From: Escherichia phage phiG7
DNA: 60,274 nt
Sequence record: OQ791410.1
Direction: 5' to 3' (one strand)
The notes beneath the pieces were generated by a model, which saw nothing but the letters and a program-made list of their open reading frames with translations, did not search any database and had not been told where the DNA came from. A program made the translations under genes and the position numbers. Of the stretch, positions 37,500 to 47,038 are shown piece after piece. The first letter of the stretch is position 1; the number at the start of each line of letters is the position of its first letter.

Positions 37500-38996
37500 C
37501 TATTCTTTATCGGAAGCGTCGTCTTCCTTAGGATCTTTGTTTACTTGCTGCTCTGCGTTTAAATCCGCTTTAGCATCATCGGGCAGAGGCCACTTCTTAA
37601 GCTCTTCTTCAAGAATTGCCATTTCTTCTTCAAAGCTTAATGTGGTTAAGCCCTGATCAACAAGCCATCCATGAATAGACTGCAAGCTGATCGGGGCCTT
37701 AAGGTTGCGTGCAGTAATAATTTGAACAAAGTCCTGACCGTTAAACATGCTCTTGGTAAATTCAAGATTAGGCTTAACCACAACTTTCTCTGGATCAGCA
37801 CCCATCCATTTAGCGCAGACCTTCAGCAAGTTTTCCAAACCTGCCGCACCAGTATACGCAATTCGAATCAGGCTAGCGGTACGCGCAGCAATACGCGTTT
37901 TCATAGCTTCGCCTGACTCCTGCGTGCTCTTGGTGTTGTTCACCATCTGCCCGGCTTTAATCTGAGCTTCTTGTTTATCCGCTGCTAGTGCAAGGCGTTG
38001 CTCGGACAAACCGTCACCGCTAACGCCTACATATTTAGCGTCACCCCCAAGAGCAACGTTAATGACCGCTCCAGGACCGATGCGCTGAGGGGCTTTATCT
38101 CCATTCTCACCCGAGCCACCAACAACAACTAACGTGTCCTGACCCTGCATATGCAGACTTTGACGGTAATCAGCGTCGCTTCGGTACATGCTTAGGCAGA
38201 TGTTAGCTAGCCCCAACAATGGAGGCGCTTCCGGTGCTGGTGTAATATCTGTTGTATTGACAAACTGGAAAGGTATTTCGTCCAGCGTGTTACCTTTATA
38301 ATAAGGAGCAATCATTTGCCCTTCATCATAATTAGTATTGTTGATAAATAAATGCTGGGAGTAGACCGCCCCACCTGCAACTTCATCTGTGTCCATCGGA
38401 CCTAATTGCAGGACGCGATAACGCTTCTCTTCTTTCCAGTCAAACTGATTGACACGTACAGGACCGCTTTCATCCAGTACAACCATGTTCAAGTTGATAT
38501 TACCCAGTTCATCTTTACCATCATCCCAGTTGATAATGGATAAAGCATCATAAACGCTAATATACGGTCTGTTATTTACATCCTCACCTTTTGGCAAGTC
38601 CAGAAGCAGGCCCAAACGTCCATTTTTTAACTGCATTTCGTTGATGCGACGTAGCAGAGCAATAATGTCTTCACCATCCGCAGTACACAGCTCCCGCATG
38701 TACTCCATTTCAGGAGGAAGCTGGATTGTAGGGGGCTTCTGGTGCAACAGACCTAAATTATTTGTGACAGCACTTGAATAATCGTCAGGGAAGTTAGCAC
38801 GCAGACGATAAGCGAGCCAACGTTGAAAGCCCAAATCATTAGGATTATTCATCCCATCAATAATCATGGAAGCTAAAGGTGGCAGATATTTAACACCTTC
38901 TTCCTTAATTTTATCTTCACCCTCATAGCAGTCGTTGCACTTAACCCATGCATCCTTCCACTTGTCATATAGCGGGTGAGTTGCATCAATACCCAT
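37500..38996 (-). CDS. portal protein
   Basis: 498-aa ORF immediately downstream of terminase large subunit. Confidence 0.65.
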   Translation of the reverse strand: MGIDATHPLYDKWKDAWVKCNDCYEGEDKIKEEGVKYLPPLASMIIDGMNNPNDLGFQRWLAYRLRANFPDDYSSAVTNNLGLLHQKPPTIQLPPEMEYMRELCTADGEDIIALLRRINEMQLKNGRLGLLLDLPKGEDVNNRPYISVYDALSIINWDDGKDELGNINLNMVVLDESGPVRVNQFDWKEEKRYRVLQLGPMDTDEVAGGAVYSQHLFINNTNYDEGQMIAPYYKGNTLDEIPFQFVNTTDITPAPEAPPLLGLANICLSMYRSDADYRQSLHMQGQDTLVVVGGSGENGDKAPQRIGPGAVINVALGGDAKYVGVSGDGLSEQRLALAADKQEAQIKAGQMVNNTKSTQESGEAMKTRIAARTASLIRIAYTGAAGLENLLKVCAKWMGADPEKVVVKPNLEFTKSMFNGQDFVQIITARNLKAPISLQSIHGWLVDQGLTTLSFEEEMAILEEELKKWPLPDDAKADLNAEQQVNKDPKEDDASDKE

Positions 38997-39007
38997 ATAC
39001 CCTCCAG

Positions 39008-40567
39008 TTAAATACCGATAGTTTTACCGACACCTGTATAAACAGCTTGATCCAGAACCATATAACGTACTTCATCGCCCATATGGTCTTCACATTCCGT
39101 ATCAACGTCGTCCTGATCTACTTCATCGCGCGGAAGACTTGGAACCAGTTCAAAGAAATAATTACAGTTATCGAAAACATACATTGCTGGATTTTCACGC
39201 GGTCCCGGCAAAGGTTTACCGTTTGCATCTTCCCGCAATGCAGCTTTAAGAAACTCACGCATTTTCTGCCATCCGCGTTTACGCGACCCAGCAGATTTAT
39301 CACTTCTCTTCCAATGGATACCGTTATACAGCTTACCGTTAAGACGGATTTTCTTCGCCATTGTTGCGGCGGTGGAGTTATTGTTCTCCAGATCCCAAAT
39401 AGAATTATCCGCAGGTCCAGGAACTACACGGTCGTGTATACCCCAGGCCAATTCCCGCTCCAGTATACCGCTTGCAATCTCTGAGTCCAGCAAATGTAGA
39501 CCTTCGTTTGTTTTACCGTTAGTGCCGTACCATTCGTTAATACGGAACAAGTCACCGCGAACAGTAGAGAAGGTAGTACCATCTTCACGTACAACATCCG
39601 AACCGTCACTAATAGCCCACCAGCCAACGGAGAATGGTTTTGAAGAACCCCAGTCGAAAGAACGTGTAATCTTCCAGCTTGATGGGATTGGGAATGGGCG
39701 TATTTTATGAACAGTGCTACGCCACAGATCATCGAACATACCGCCGGAGGTGATATCCCAGCTACCGCCTAACCATGCAGCTCGTTTGTTCGGGTCTGTG
39801 ATGGACATAAGCTCTGCAATATATTTCGGGCTCAGGTTTTTGTTCTCACGATAAGATCCGAAGATATGGCATTGCGTCGTAACCACATCTTCCTCTTTCT
39901 GCGTCCGCGGGTTAAACACTCGCGTAGTTTTCCTGAGTATCTTACCCATCGGTGCAGCGTCAATGAAGCGTTTCTTAACCCAGTTATGCCCCGCACCAAA
40001 CGGGTTACTGGTAGCAAACACTTCCAGAGGAATGTCTGGTAAATATGTAACAGTACCGTCCGGATTGATGATTGGATTATCTTCGGGTAGGAATGATGAA
40101 CGGTTACAGGACATCATTGCTTCAAACAAACGCCCGTCCGGATACTTTGTTAATTCGTTCCATCCGATAAACGGGTATTCGTGACCATGATAAGACCAAT
40201 AATCCTTTTCTTTGCAAGCAACACGGAACAGCAATTCTTCCCCAGTAGGCCAAACCCATTTATAATCAGACTTGGAACTAAGGAATTTAGCACCGTCTTT
40301 AAATTCAGGAAACCAACGCTGTGACTTAGTTACAAGGTCATCAAGGTTTTTATATTCACGGTCGAATATAATACCCTTCCAAAATTTACCGTACCCTACG
40401 CCAACATTCTTACGGAAACGCATAAGCTGGCAGTCTGTTTTTCCAGGACCGCGAGTTCCGTGGTATAAGATAATATCAGCAGGGCAGGATAGAGCGAGTG
40501 TCTGTGAACCTGGATGTGGCTTCCAGACTACTCGCGGCATGTTATCAGGTTGTCGGTTTAGCTCCAT
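39008..40567 (-). CDS. terminase large subunit
   Basis: Walker A-like HGTRGPGKT; size and position. Confidence 0.75.
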   Translation of the reverse strand: MELNRQPDNMPRVVWKPHPGSQTLALSCPADIILYHGTRGPGKTDCQLMRFRKNVGVGYGKFWKGIIFDREYKNLDDLVTKSQRWFPEFKDGAKFLSSKSDYKWVWPTGEELLFRVACKEKDYWSYHGHEYPFIGWNELTKYPDGRLFEAMMSCNRSSFLPEDNPIINPDGTVTYLPDIPLEVFATSNPFGAGHNWVKKRFIDAAPMGKILRKTTRVFNPRTQKEEDVVTTQCHIFGSYRENKNLSPKYIAELMSITDPNKRAAWLGGSWDITSGGMFDDLWRSTVHKIRPFPIPSSWKITRSFDWGSSKPFSVGWWAISDGSDVVREDGTTFSTVRGDLFRINEWYGTNGKTNEGLHLLDSEIASGILERELAWGIHDRVVPGPADNSIWDLENNNSTAATMAKKIRLNGKLYNGIHWKRSDKSAGSRKRGWQKMREFLKAALREDANGKPLPGPRENPAMYVFDNCNYFFELVPSLPRDEVDQDDVDTECEDHMGDEVRYMVLDQAVYTGVGKTIGI

Positions 40568-41102
40568 CTTCAGTCTCTTTAACTAGTCGTTGTTGAGACT
40601 CGGATGCAGTTTTTTCCCATTCGTCAATATTTGCTACAGCAGGGACTATCATTACGCCGCCTCTGTTAGTAACATCAATTTTAGCCTTCTTGGGCGCATC
40701 CAAATCATAAATTTGTGCAAGCTTGCCCAATGCAGCTACTCTAGCAGCTTGAGAAGATCCCGGTCCTGTATAATGAGCTTCACGTTTTAATGCTTCAATG
40801 ATATGCTGACGCTCTAGGTCTGCTTCAATGTTAGCTTGCTCAGAAGTACGTTGAACACGGGATCTTTCAATCTCCTTGAGCTTCCATCGAACGTAACAGT
40901 CCGTGGCAAAGCGTTGGCCAAGCTCCTGTGCAAACATAGCATTGAACCCGCATCTCATGCAAGCGTTAGTCCAATTGTAGTCGAACATATACTCAGCAAC
41001 AACTTTGTCACGTATTGCCATCTCGTCAGCGGACAAGCTATTTGCATACTGGATATAGTTCGTCCAGTCACGATCATATTGCTCTTGACTTGCCCCGTTC
41101 AT
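40545..41102 (-). CDS. putative terminase small subunit
   Basis: Position immediately upstream of large subunit. Confidence 0.45.
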   Translation of the reverse strand: MNGASQEQYDRDWTNYIQYANSLSADEMAIRDKVVAEYMFDYNWTNACMRCGFNAMFAQELGQRFATDCYVRWKLKEIERSRVQRTSEQANIEADLERQHIIEALKREAHYTGPGSSQAARVAALGKLAQIYDLDAPKKAKIDVTNRGGVMIVPAVANIDEWEKTASESQQRLVKETEDGAKPTT

Positions 41103-41122
41103 GGAAGCTCCCCTTCTTATTG

Positions 41123-41428
41123 CTATTTAGGCTGAATATAATTGCTTGATCCTACAAAATCAAGCGAAACATTTTCAGCTTCATAGCGTATGATTTCCTT
41201 AACCCTTAGCTTACATTCAGTCAGAGCAGTTTCTGTATCCTGTAAACGTCGGATAATATCTCTTGTGTAAACCAAAGGAATTTTCTCAACTTCCCGACAT
41301 TCCACCAGTAGATGCGCGGGTAGTCTTACCTTCACTATCTGTGGAGCTGGAGGAGGTTGAGTCTGCGTCGAGCAACCTGCGCAAATCATCAGGAATACGC
41401 TCGTTAAGATAAGCTTTGACGTCAGCAT
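41123..41428 (-). CDS. o-spanin (Rz1-like lipoprotein)
   Basis: Signal peptide with Cys cluster (LMICAGC), Pro-rich mature region; overlaps i-spanin in another frame. Confidence 0.5.
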   Translation of the reverse strand: MLTSKLILTSVFLMICAGCSTQTQPPPAPQIVKVRLPAHLLVECREVEKIPLVYTRDIIRRLQDTETALTECKLRVKEIIRYEAENVSLDFVGSSNYIQPK

Positions 41429-41762
41429 TGCTTTTCTCCAGTGTCTGCAACTTGTCCTGAAGCAACTTGTGGTTATGTTGTTCATCTTGAATTACAGAAG
41501 TTAGTTTCTTGAAAGAGTCCGTGTCCTTCTCCCTTTGTGCAGCAAGAAATACAACAGCCTCGCCCAGCTTTGCATTGTCTTTCTCCACAACGGTTAAACG
41601 TTCTTCAGCCAAACTTAAATTTGATTTGTTAAGCTCGTTCTGTGACCACAGGTAGGCGGCCACCCCGCATAAAAACACTACCGCGCCGATCATCAAATAC
41701 TCGATAAACAGACGCGGTTTAGCTTTTATAAAGCCGAAGAAGTTATTTAGAATCATTTTCAT
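41286..41762 (-). CDS. i-spanin (Rz-like)
   Basis: N-terminal TM helix, coiled-coil periplasmic domain. Confidence 0.55.
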   Translation of the reverse strand: MKMILNNFFGFIKAKPRLFIEYLMIGAVVFLCGVAAYLWSQNELNKSNLSLAEERLTVVEKDNAKLGEAVVFLAAQREKDTDSFKKLTSVIQDEQHNHKLLQDKLQTLEKSNADVKAYLNERIPDDLRRLLDADSTSSSSTDSEGKTTRASTGGMSGS

Positions 41763-42087
41763 GTTTGCAGTCCTCTGAGTCGAGTTTGATCCCTGTCCGC
41801 GATGCTAGAAGCGACTTTAGAGCTTTTAGCGTAGCACGTGAACCCGCCCAAGCGAATAGGCCAGCAAGGCCAAAAGCGAACCAAAGGCTGATATTAAACT
41901 CCCTGTAGATTGCATACATTATAACGCCAAAGAACGCGGCGGATAAGCCTTCAAGACATGCAATGCTTATCCGTACCTTCTTACCAGCGTCAATTGTACG
42001 CATGACGTAACCGAGAGCTCCCCCAATGAGGGAAATCAGAGCAAACCCCGCTAGAACTGCCCAATGTTCGTTCGATGAGTTGAACAT
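41743..42087 (-). CDS. holin
   Basis: Small protein with multiple TM helices and charged C-terminus; strong RBS GGAGGG before ATG at 42087. Confidence 0.55.
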   Translation of the reverse strand: MFNSSNEHWAVLAGFALISLIGGALGYVMRTIDAGKKVRISIACLEGLSAAFFGVIMYAIYREFNISLWFAFGLAGLFAWAGSRATLKALKSLLASRTGIKLDSEDCKHENDSK

Positions 42088-42096
42088 GTTCCCTCC

Positions 42097-42118
42097 AATA
42101 AAAAGGGGCTGACGCCCC
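42097..42118 (-). terminator. terminator-like hairpin between endolysin-like and holin genes
   Basis: GGGGC-GTCA-GCCCC followed on minus strand by TTTTTATT. Confidence 0.5.
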
Positions 42119-42123
42119 ATCAG

Positions 42124-42561
42124 TTAAATTACCATTGCAATAGCGCGGTTGATTACGTCGTCCGTGTAAGGCATCATGCCATTTTCATGACGAATGATTG
42201 CTTTTACCAAACCTGACATTATCGTCTTGTCGAAGACATTGATTGGATCGTTAGGTTCAACACCAATTGCTTTGGCAACAGAACGGATATACGCTTCCGT
42301 ATCGTTTTCGTTAGGTGGGGCCCAGCGAGCGATAATTTCACGTACAGTGTCGATGTTTTTCTTACCCACATTGGGCAAGCCTTCGCGTTTGGTGTAGTTG
42401 GTCAGGACTTTAGCTAGAGCACGGATGCCGTAAATCGGTTGCGTGAACTGTGCAAAAGATTTGTCGGTCCGCTTATCAACAGGGACCAATCCCTGCCAAT
42501 TATCACCCCAGCGAATGTTACCTGGATTGTTGTTACGAATACCACGAGGTTGAAGCGCCAT
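42124..42561 (-). CDS. putative endolysin (peptidoglycan hydrolase, family not assigned)
   Basis: Position immediately upstream of holin and spanins; IRNNNPGNIR motif; start at MALQPRG chosen. Confidence 0.35.
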   Translation of the reverse strand: MALQPRGIRNNNPGNIRWGDNWQGLVPVDKRTDKSFAQFTQPIYGIRALAKVLTNYTKREGLPNVGKKNIDTVREIIARWAPPNENDTEAYIRSVAKAIGVEPNDPINVFDKTIMSGLVKAIIRHENGMMPYTDDVINRAIAMVI

Positions 42562-42643
42562 ATCGAGTTCCTCCGCTTGACATGAACCACTGAAGGGTAA
42601 CAGAGAAACTTGATACGGCGCAAGGAGAATTGATCTAAGAAGA

Positions 42644-42904
42644 TTACCCGTCAAACCACTCGCTAATGTACCAGCTAACAAGACCTTTTCCACCTTTATC
42701 GACCCCGTAGCTGGAGTAAAAAGTGAAGTTATCGGGTTCGTGTTGCAGGATAACCATAAAGTCATGCTGAGTGCTGTCAATAATTGCAATGGCGATTTCC
42801 TCGTTATCTGTGATAAAGATTTCGCCACCAATTACAACATGCGTCCCGTGGTCAACTACCTTGCTGTGATAAGCAGGTGGGATCAGGTGACTGAATGTAG
42901 TCAT
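42644..42904 (-). CDS. hypothetical protein
   Basis: 86-aa ORF. Confidence 0.35.
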   Translation of the reverse strand: MTTFSHLIPPAYHSKVVDHGTHVVIGGEIFITDNEEIAIAIIDSTQHDFMVILQHEPDNFTFYSSYGVDKGGKGLVSWYISEWFDG

Positions 42905-43366
42905 TTAAAAACCCTCAAACGATATTGTATCAACGCCAAGAAATGCACATGTAGTATGCTTGATTGCTAGCTCGATAGCTTCGCGTGCGCTTGCACCAGC
43001 AGCTAGAGCACCCGCAGCAAACACGCAGCCACTGCCATCCGACCCCCATCCATCCAGCATGGGTTCGCTCAAAGTACCATCATTATAAATAAAATGGCAA
43101 GTACCTTCCGGAGTAACCGCAAGACCGCAAGTTTGCCCGTAATCATCTTTGCTGTAAAGTTTAATATCAGGGAACTTAACAGGCTCAGGACTATTAAAAT
43201 AACGCAGCACTTGGTCAGTGAATGCAGTCAAACCGCACAAGCCCAGTAAAAACCGTCCACGATGTCCATTTACACTATGAACTTTCTTATAAGCAGTCAC
43301 AGCTTCCCCGCGCATAACTCCACGGTCCGCAGCTAATACTTTTCCATCGTAAGCAATGGTTGTCAT
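42905..43366 (-). CDS. HslV/proteasome-like Ntn-hydrolase family protein
   Basis: N-terminal MTTIA (Thr nucleophile after Met), GDG-like and GSDGSG...SAREAIELAI blocks resembling E. coli HslV by eye. Confidence 0.55.
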   Translation of the reverse strand: MTTIAYDGKVLAADRGVMRGEAVTAYKKVHSVNGHRGRFLLGLCGLTAFTDQVLRYFNSPEPVKFPDIKLYSKDDYGQTCGLAVTPEGTCHFIYNDGTLSEPMLDGWGSDGSGCVFAAGALAAGASAREAIELAIKHTTCAFLGVDTISFEGF

Positions 43367-43548
43367 TTAATTTTCCTTTGGTCTTGGATAATAACAATAC
43401 ATAAAACAAACAGAATAAGACAGATGCACAGTCCTGTACTTGCAAAGATTCGGATAACCGTGGAAGGTTGTTCGACTACTGTATAGGTATAAAGCCCAGC
43501 GAACATTAACGTCGCAAATAAAAACAATTCGGCGTATAGTTTGGTCAT
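43363..43548 (-). CDS. small membrane protein
   Basis: 61-aa ORF with hydrophobic helices. Confidence 0.35.
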   Translation of the reverse strand: MTKLYAELFLFATLMFAGLYTYTVVEQPSTVIRIFASTGLCICLILFVLCIVIIQDQRKIK

Positions 43549-43610
43549 TGTGTACCCCTCTTATTCGATGGGTACACAATACAATGAAGGGTTATCTGAT
43601 AGCAAGGTTT

Positions 43611-44033
43611 TTAATTAAGCACAATCTCAACGTCTTTAACCCAAGTATGAATGATAAATGCTCCTGGCTGTTCAGGATCTTGATCCGGGCCAACGTAGAA
43701 CTTTTTACCTTCCCAACCTTTAATTGGGTCATGTACAATAAACTTGTGATTAGTTGTATCGATCACAACCTGATGCAGTGCTCCAGGAACATTGAGACTT
43801 GGGACAGTGCACAAAAACAAACCACCCATGTATATAGTTTCACGCCCACCGCCTACAGAACAGATGTGGTCAACATTGTTTTGTACTAGATATTCGGAAA
43901 TTGTTATTTCCCAATTGTTGTAATATCGATCATGAAATTCCGCAATTACTTCTTCTACAGGTCTATTAAGGATCATTGCCAGACACGCAGAAACGCATGT
44001 ATTCAATGTTGGTTGCTTGACATGTTTAATCAT
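43611..44033 (-). CDS. C39-like (papain-fold) cysteine peptidase
   Basis: Cys motif QPTLNTCVSACLAMIL and His/Asp motif HQVVID...IVHDP as in bacteriocin-processing C39 domains. Confidence 0.55.
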   Translation of the reverse strand: MIKHVKQPTLNTCVSACLAMILNRPVEEVIAEFHDRYYNNWEITISEYLVQNNVDHICSVGGGRETIYMGGLFLCTVPSLNVPGALHQVVIDTTNHKFIVHDPIKGWEGKKFYVGPDQDPEQPGAFIIHTWVKDVEIVLN

Positions 44034-44034
44034 T

Positions 44035-44505
44035 TTACGCCTCGTATATAACTTCCGGCTCGTTATTATAAGGACGCAGCAGCAAACGCGCTACCAGCGC
44101 CGTACGCTCGCTTAACCCTTGCGGATGCACAAACCCAACAAACTGGTAGTGACAACCGCGCAGGTGGTGCAAGCTCTTAGCACAATGACACGCTTCCAAA
44201 CGAAGTGTCTCGCCCGACTGCCATTTAACCACAATGGTAGAGCTCGCGGTCATGTTAATTTCTACATCACCGATTTCAACCTGAAGACGCAGAACATCTT
44301 CTACAACGTTGCGGACATATAGCAGGATCTGCGATGTAGGCATAACAATGAGCCCATTCCAGTCCTTCCCGCGACCCAATCCGCAATAACGCGCAAAGTT
44401 GGCTATCAACTGCGTTTCTGTAACCTGTTTTACTTCAAACGACTTCTTCAGTTGGCAGTCTTTGGATTCGTCCATTGCATCAACAATAGTTTTAACGTCA
44501 GCCAT
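44035..44505 (-). CDS. hypothetical protein
   Basis: 156-aa ORF. Confidence 0.35.
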   Translation of the reverse strand: MADVKTIVDAMDESKDCQLKKSFEVKQVTETQLIANFARYCGLGRGKDWNGLIVMPTSQILLYVRNVVEDVLRLQVEIGDVEINMTASSTIVVKWQSGETLRLEACHCAKSLHHLRGCHYQFVGFVHPQGLSERTALVARLLLRPYNNEPEVIYEA

Positions 44506-44508
44506 TAT

Positions 44509-44901
44509 TTACTCCGCTAATGTGTAAGGAATACCGGATGCTTTAATCCGTCTGTACATGTCCATAGTACCAGCTCCGCCTGGAAACACAATAGCGTGAT
44601 CTGGTTTGGGATCAGTATCCAGCATTAATTGATTGCGGTAAGCGCCCGCTTGTGCATTATAAGCACCTCTGGCGTTATACCGTATCTTTGTATTCGGTAA
44701 GGAAAGATTGTTCCACGGCGCAGGAAACGCCTCCGTCTTAATACCGTTTCGCTCCGCCCAATGTGCGCAAATGCGGTCAACACCGTCAGCGTCACCGTGG
44801 CGAAGTGTGGTTATCCTTCTTTGCATATGCAGCTTATCCAATTGAGCGTAAATATACTCCACATGCTTAAAATCTCGACCTCCGGTGACGACTAATAGCA
44901 T
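44509..44901 (-). CDS. possible SLOG/DUF2493-like protein
   Basis: N-terminal LLVVTGGRDF motif. Confidence 0.3.
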   Translation of the reverse strand: MLLVVTGGRDFKHVEYIYAQLDKLHMQRRITTLRHGDADGVDRICAHWAERNGIKTEAFPAPWNNLSLPNTKIRYNARGAYNAQAGAYRNQLMLDTDPKPDHAIVFPGGAGTMDMYRRIKASGIPYTLAE

Positions 44902-44964
44902 TATTTCTTCTCCAATGGTTTTAACATTTCGTCAATGAAGCCTTTCCAATATTTGATATTCTCT

Positions 44965-45237
44965 TCAATCACCAATAATCTCCTTAAAACGATTATACAA
45001 ATCACGATAGAACAAAGGACCATATTTATTACGACGCAGGAAGTCCTTTGCTACAGATTCCAGGGCATCCGCCCGTTTAGCTTTTTCTTGTAAATCAAGA
45101 ATCTTCTGAGCAACATCTTCAGCTTCTTCTCTTTCTCCTTGAAATATATAAAGCTCTTGCCCAAAAGCGCGAATCAAAGGTGCATCAGAACCAACATAAA
45201 ACTTCACCATACGTTTAGCAGCTTCAGTGACGTTCAT
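44965..45237 (-). CDS. hypothetical small protein
   Basis: 90-aa ORF. Confidence 0.3.
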   Translation of the reverse strand: MNVTEAAKRMVKFYVGSDAPLIRAFGQELYIFQGEREEAEDVAQKILDLQEKAKRADALESVAKDFLRRNKYGPLFYRDLYNRFKEIIGD

Positions 45238-45523
45238 ATGTAGTAATCTCCTTCAATGTACCGCGCCAGTCACTACCTTCAAGGTCAACTTCACCGCAGT
45301 AGCGAACTCGCCAACCATCAAAGTTTATCAACCATTGTTTCTCCGCTTCATAGAAAGCAGGTTTTTCGTCATAGCAATGTACTTTACCGTCTGCATCTAC
45401 AGCGATAAAGTTAGCCCACGGCTCAACAGGGATAGCAGACCCGTAATAGTCTGTAAATACTTGCGTTTCTTTGTTAACAGAAGGAATTGCGTGTCCTGTT
45501 TCATCCATTCCTAAATACAACAT
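45224..45523 (-). CDS. hypothetical small protein
   Basis: 99-aa ORF. Confidence 0.3.
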   Translation of the reverse strand: MLYLGMDETGHAIPSVNKETQVFTDYYGSAIPVEPWANFIAVDADGKVHCYDEKPAFYEAEKQWLINFDGWRVRYCGEVDLEGSDWRGTLKEITTYERH

Positions 45524-45525
45524 AG

Positions 45526-45768
45526 TCAGTACCCTTTAAGTTTACGGCATTCATTGCAGCGCCAGCGCCCTTTGCGGTATACCCGTTCGTGCCCGCGCTT
45601 GCATCTGTTTGTTACTAAGGACAACTTTAGCCTACTTGCTTTGATATGTACAGATTCAACGTCTCTTCTAAGATAGTAAGCTATTTCTTCCGCCGAAATC
45701 TTGCCAGCGTTGACCTTTAGCAAAGCAAGATCCCTTGCGGTCCACTTTAAACCATTCCGCGGAAACAC
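45526..45768 (-). CDS. small DNA-binding-like protein with C-terminal zinc ribbon
   Basis: CKRGH...CNEC Cys/His cluster; basic residues. Confidence 0.3.
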   Translation of the reverse strand: MFPRNGLKWTARDLALLKVNAGKISAEEIAYYLRRDVESVHIKASRLKLSLVTNRCKRGHERVYRKGRWRCNECRKLKGY

Positions 45769-45818
45769 ATCTCCTCCAGATAATTAAGGGCTCCGTAGAG
45801 CCCATTATAGATTGATAA

Positions 45819-46097
45819 TTATACTTCTTCCAGGAAATTGGCGCCTACAAGACCAGTATAACTGATTTCGTAAGCACCCTCTTCTTCATCGTATTCATCG
45901 CCACCCTGGCTAACAATTACAGTATGCTTCCACTGCCCGAAAAGGATATGCAGATCAAACACCACCTTATTTACAGTGACAATAGAACCGGCTTTCAGTT
46001 CTCCGAACACCGTACCATCGCCCGGAGTATAGCCTACAGCGCCAATATCTGTGGTTAAACGATACTCTTTACCTTCAACAATCTCTTCTACAAGCAT
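45819..46097 (-). CDS. hypothetical small protein
   Basis: 92-aa ORF. Confidence 0.3.
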   Translation of the reverse strand: MLVEEIVEGKEYRLTTDIGAVGYTPGDGTVFGELKAGSIVTVNKVVFDLHILFGQWKHTVIVSQGGDEYDEEEGAYEISYTGLVGANFLEEV

Positions 46098-46349
46098 TTA
46101 AGCCTCCGAACTAACATTAACTAAAGAATTTACCCAACGACCTTCTTCGAAAGGAAACTTGCAGATATATTCGGATTTACCCATATCCTCATACCATTTG
46201 TCGTAATCGTCGCATTCGTCTATATAAGGTTCCTTTTCATATGCGTATAGATCTTCGCATTTATCAACTGCAAGCCAGTTTGCCCAGGCAGGTACTACAA
46301 CCTGAGTCCCAAAATAGTTAACAATCTTTTTCCCCTCTTCTATACGCAT
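46098..46349 (-). CDS. hypothetical small protein
   Basis: 83-aa ORF. Confidence 0.3.
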   Translation of the reverse strand: MRIEEGKKIVNYFGTQVVVPAWANWLAVDKCEDLYAYEKEPYIDECDDYDKWYEDMGKSEYICKFPFEEGRWVNSLVNVSSEA

Positions 46350-46525
46350 TCTTCTTGCTCCTCTACATATTTAGTGACACATTTTTGAAAATTAAGAACG
46401 ATATTTTTCTCTTTTACACTATGAAATGTAAAACGATCCGGTGTAATCAGCCAACCTTCAAACCTTTTAGTTTCATCATTCCAAAAAGCCCGACCATAAT
46501 AACCAAGATAAGGTCCAAGTCTCAC
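46340..46525 (-). CDS. hypothetical small protein
   Basis: 61-aa ORF. Confidence 0.3.
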   Translation of the reverse strand: MRLGPYLGYYGRAFWNDETKRFEGWLITPDRFTFHSVKEKNIVLNFQKCVTKYVEEQEECV

Positions 46526-46544
46526 AATTTCCTCCGCTTAACCA

Positions 46545-47018
46545 TCATTTACCGTGGTTTTCGTGGAAATTATACAGCAATTCCGCTTCCTTTCGTACCT
46601 TAACTGCTTCATCAAATTTGTCAAAACGACCTAAAAATACATTCTTTTTATTCGCTCTTATAGTTACAAACCATTTTAAATTCTTTCTGTCCCAACTTAC
46701 ACCAGTAACTCCGCTTGTGTTACTGATATATTTTCCTTTATTTTGACAGTTTACTACAGCACTAACTAAACGTAAATTTTCAATTCGGTCATTTTGTCGG
46801 TCATGGTCAATGTGATCAATTTCCATACCTTCCGGAATAGTTCTTCCGTGCATTAACCACACAATGCGGTGCCGTAGGTATTGCTTACCTTCAAATACTA
46901 TTCTCGTGTATCCATCCTCTTGAACACATCCTGCTCTGCTACCTGCGTTTATACATCGTCTACTTACTTTCCAATAAAGGACTCCGTCCCTATATTCAAA
47001 TATATCGTTCCAGTTCAT
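46545..47018 (-). CDS. HNH endonuclease with AP2-type DNA-binding domain
   Basis: HNH motif EIDHIDHDRQNDRIENLRLV; AP2-like GVSWDRKNLKWFVTIRANKKNVFLGRFD. Confidence 0.65.
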   Translation of the reverse strand: MNWNDIFEYRDGVLYWKVSRRCINAGSRAGCVQEDGYTRIVFEGKQYLRHRIVWLMHGRTIPEGMEIDHIDHDRQNDRIENLRLVSAVVNCQNKGKYISNTSGVTGVSWDRKNLKWFVTIRANKKNVFLGRFDKFDEAVKVRKEAELLYNFHENHGK

Positions 47019-47038
47019 ATCAATACCTTGTCACCAGA

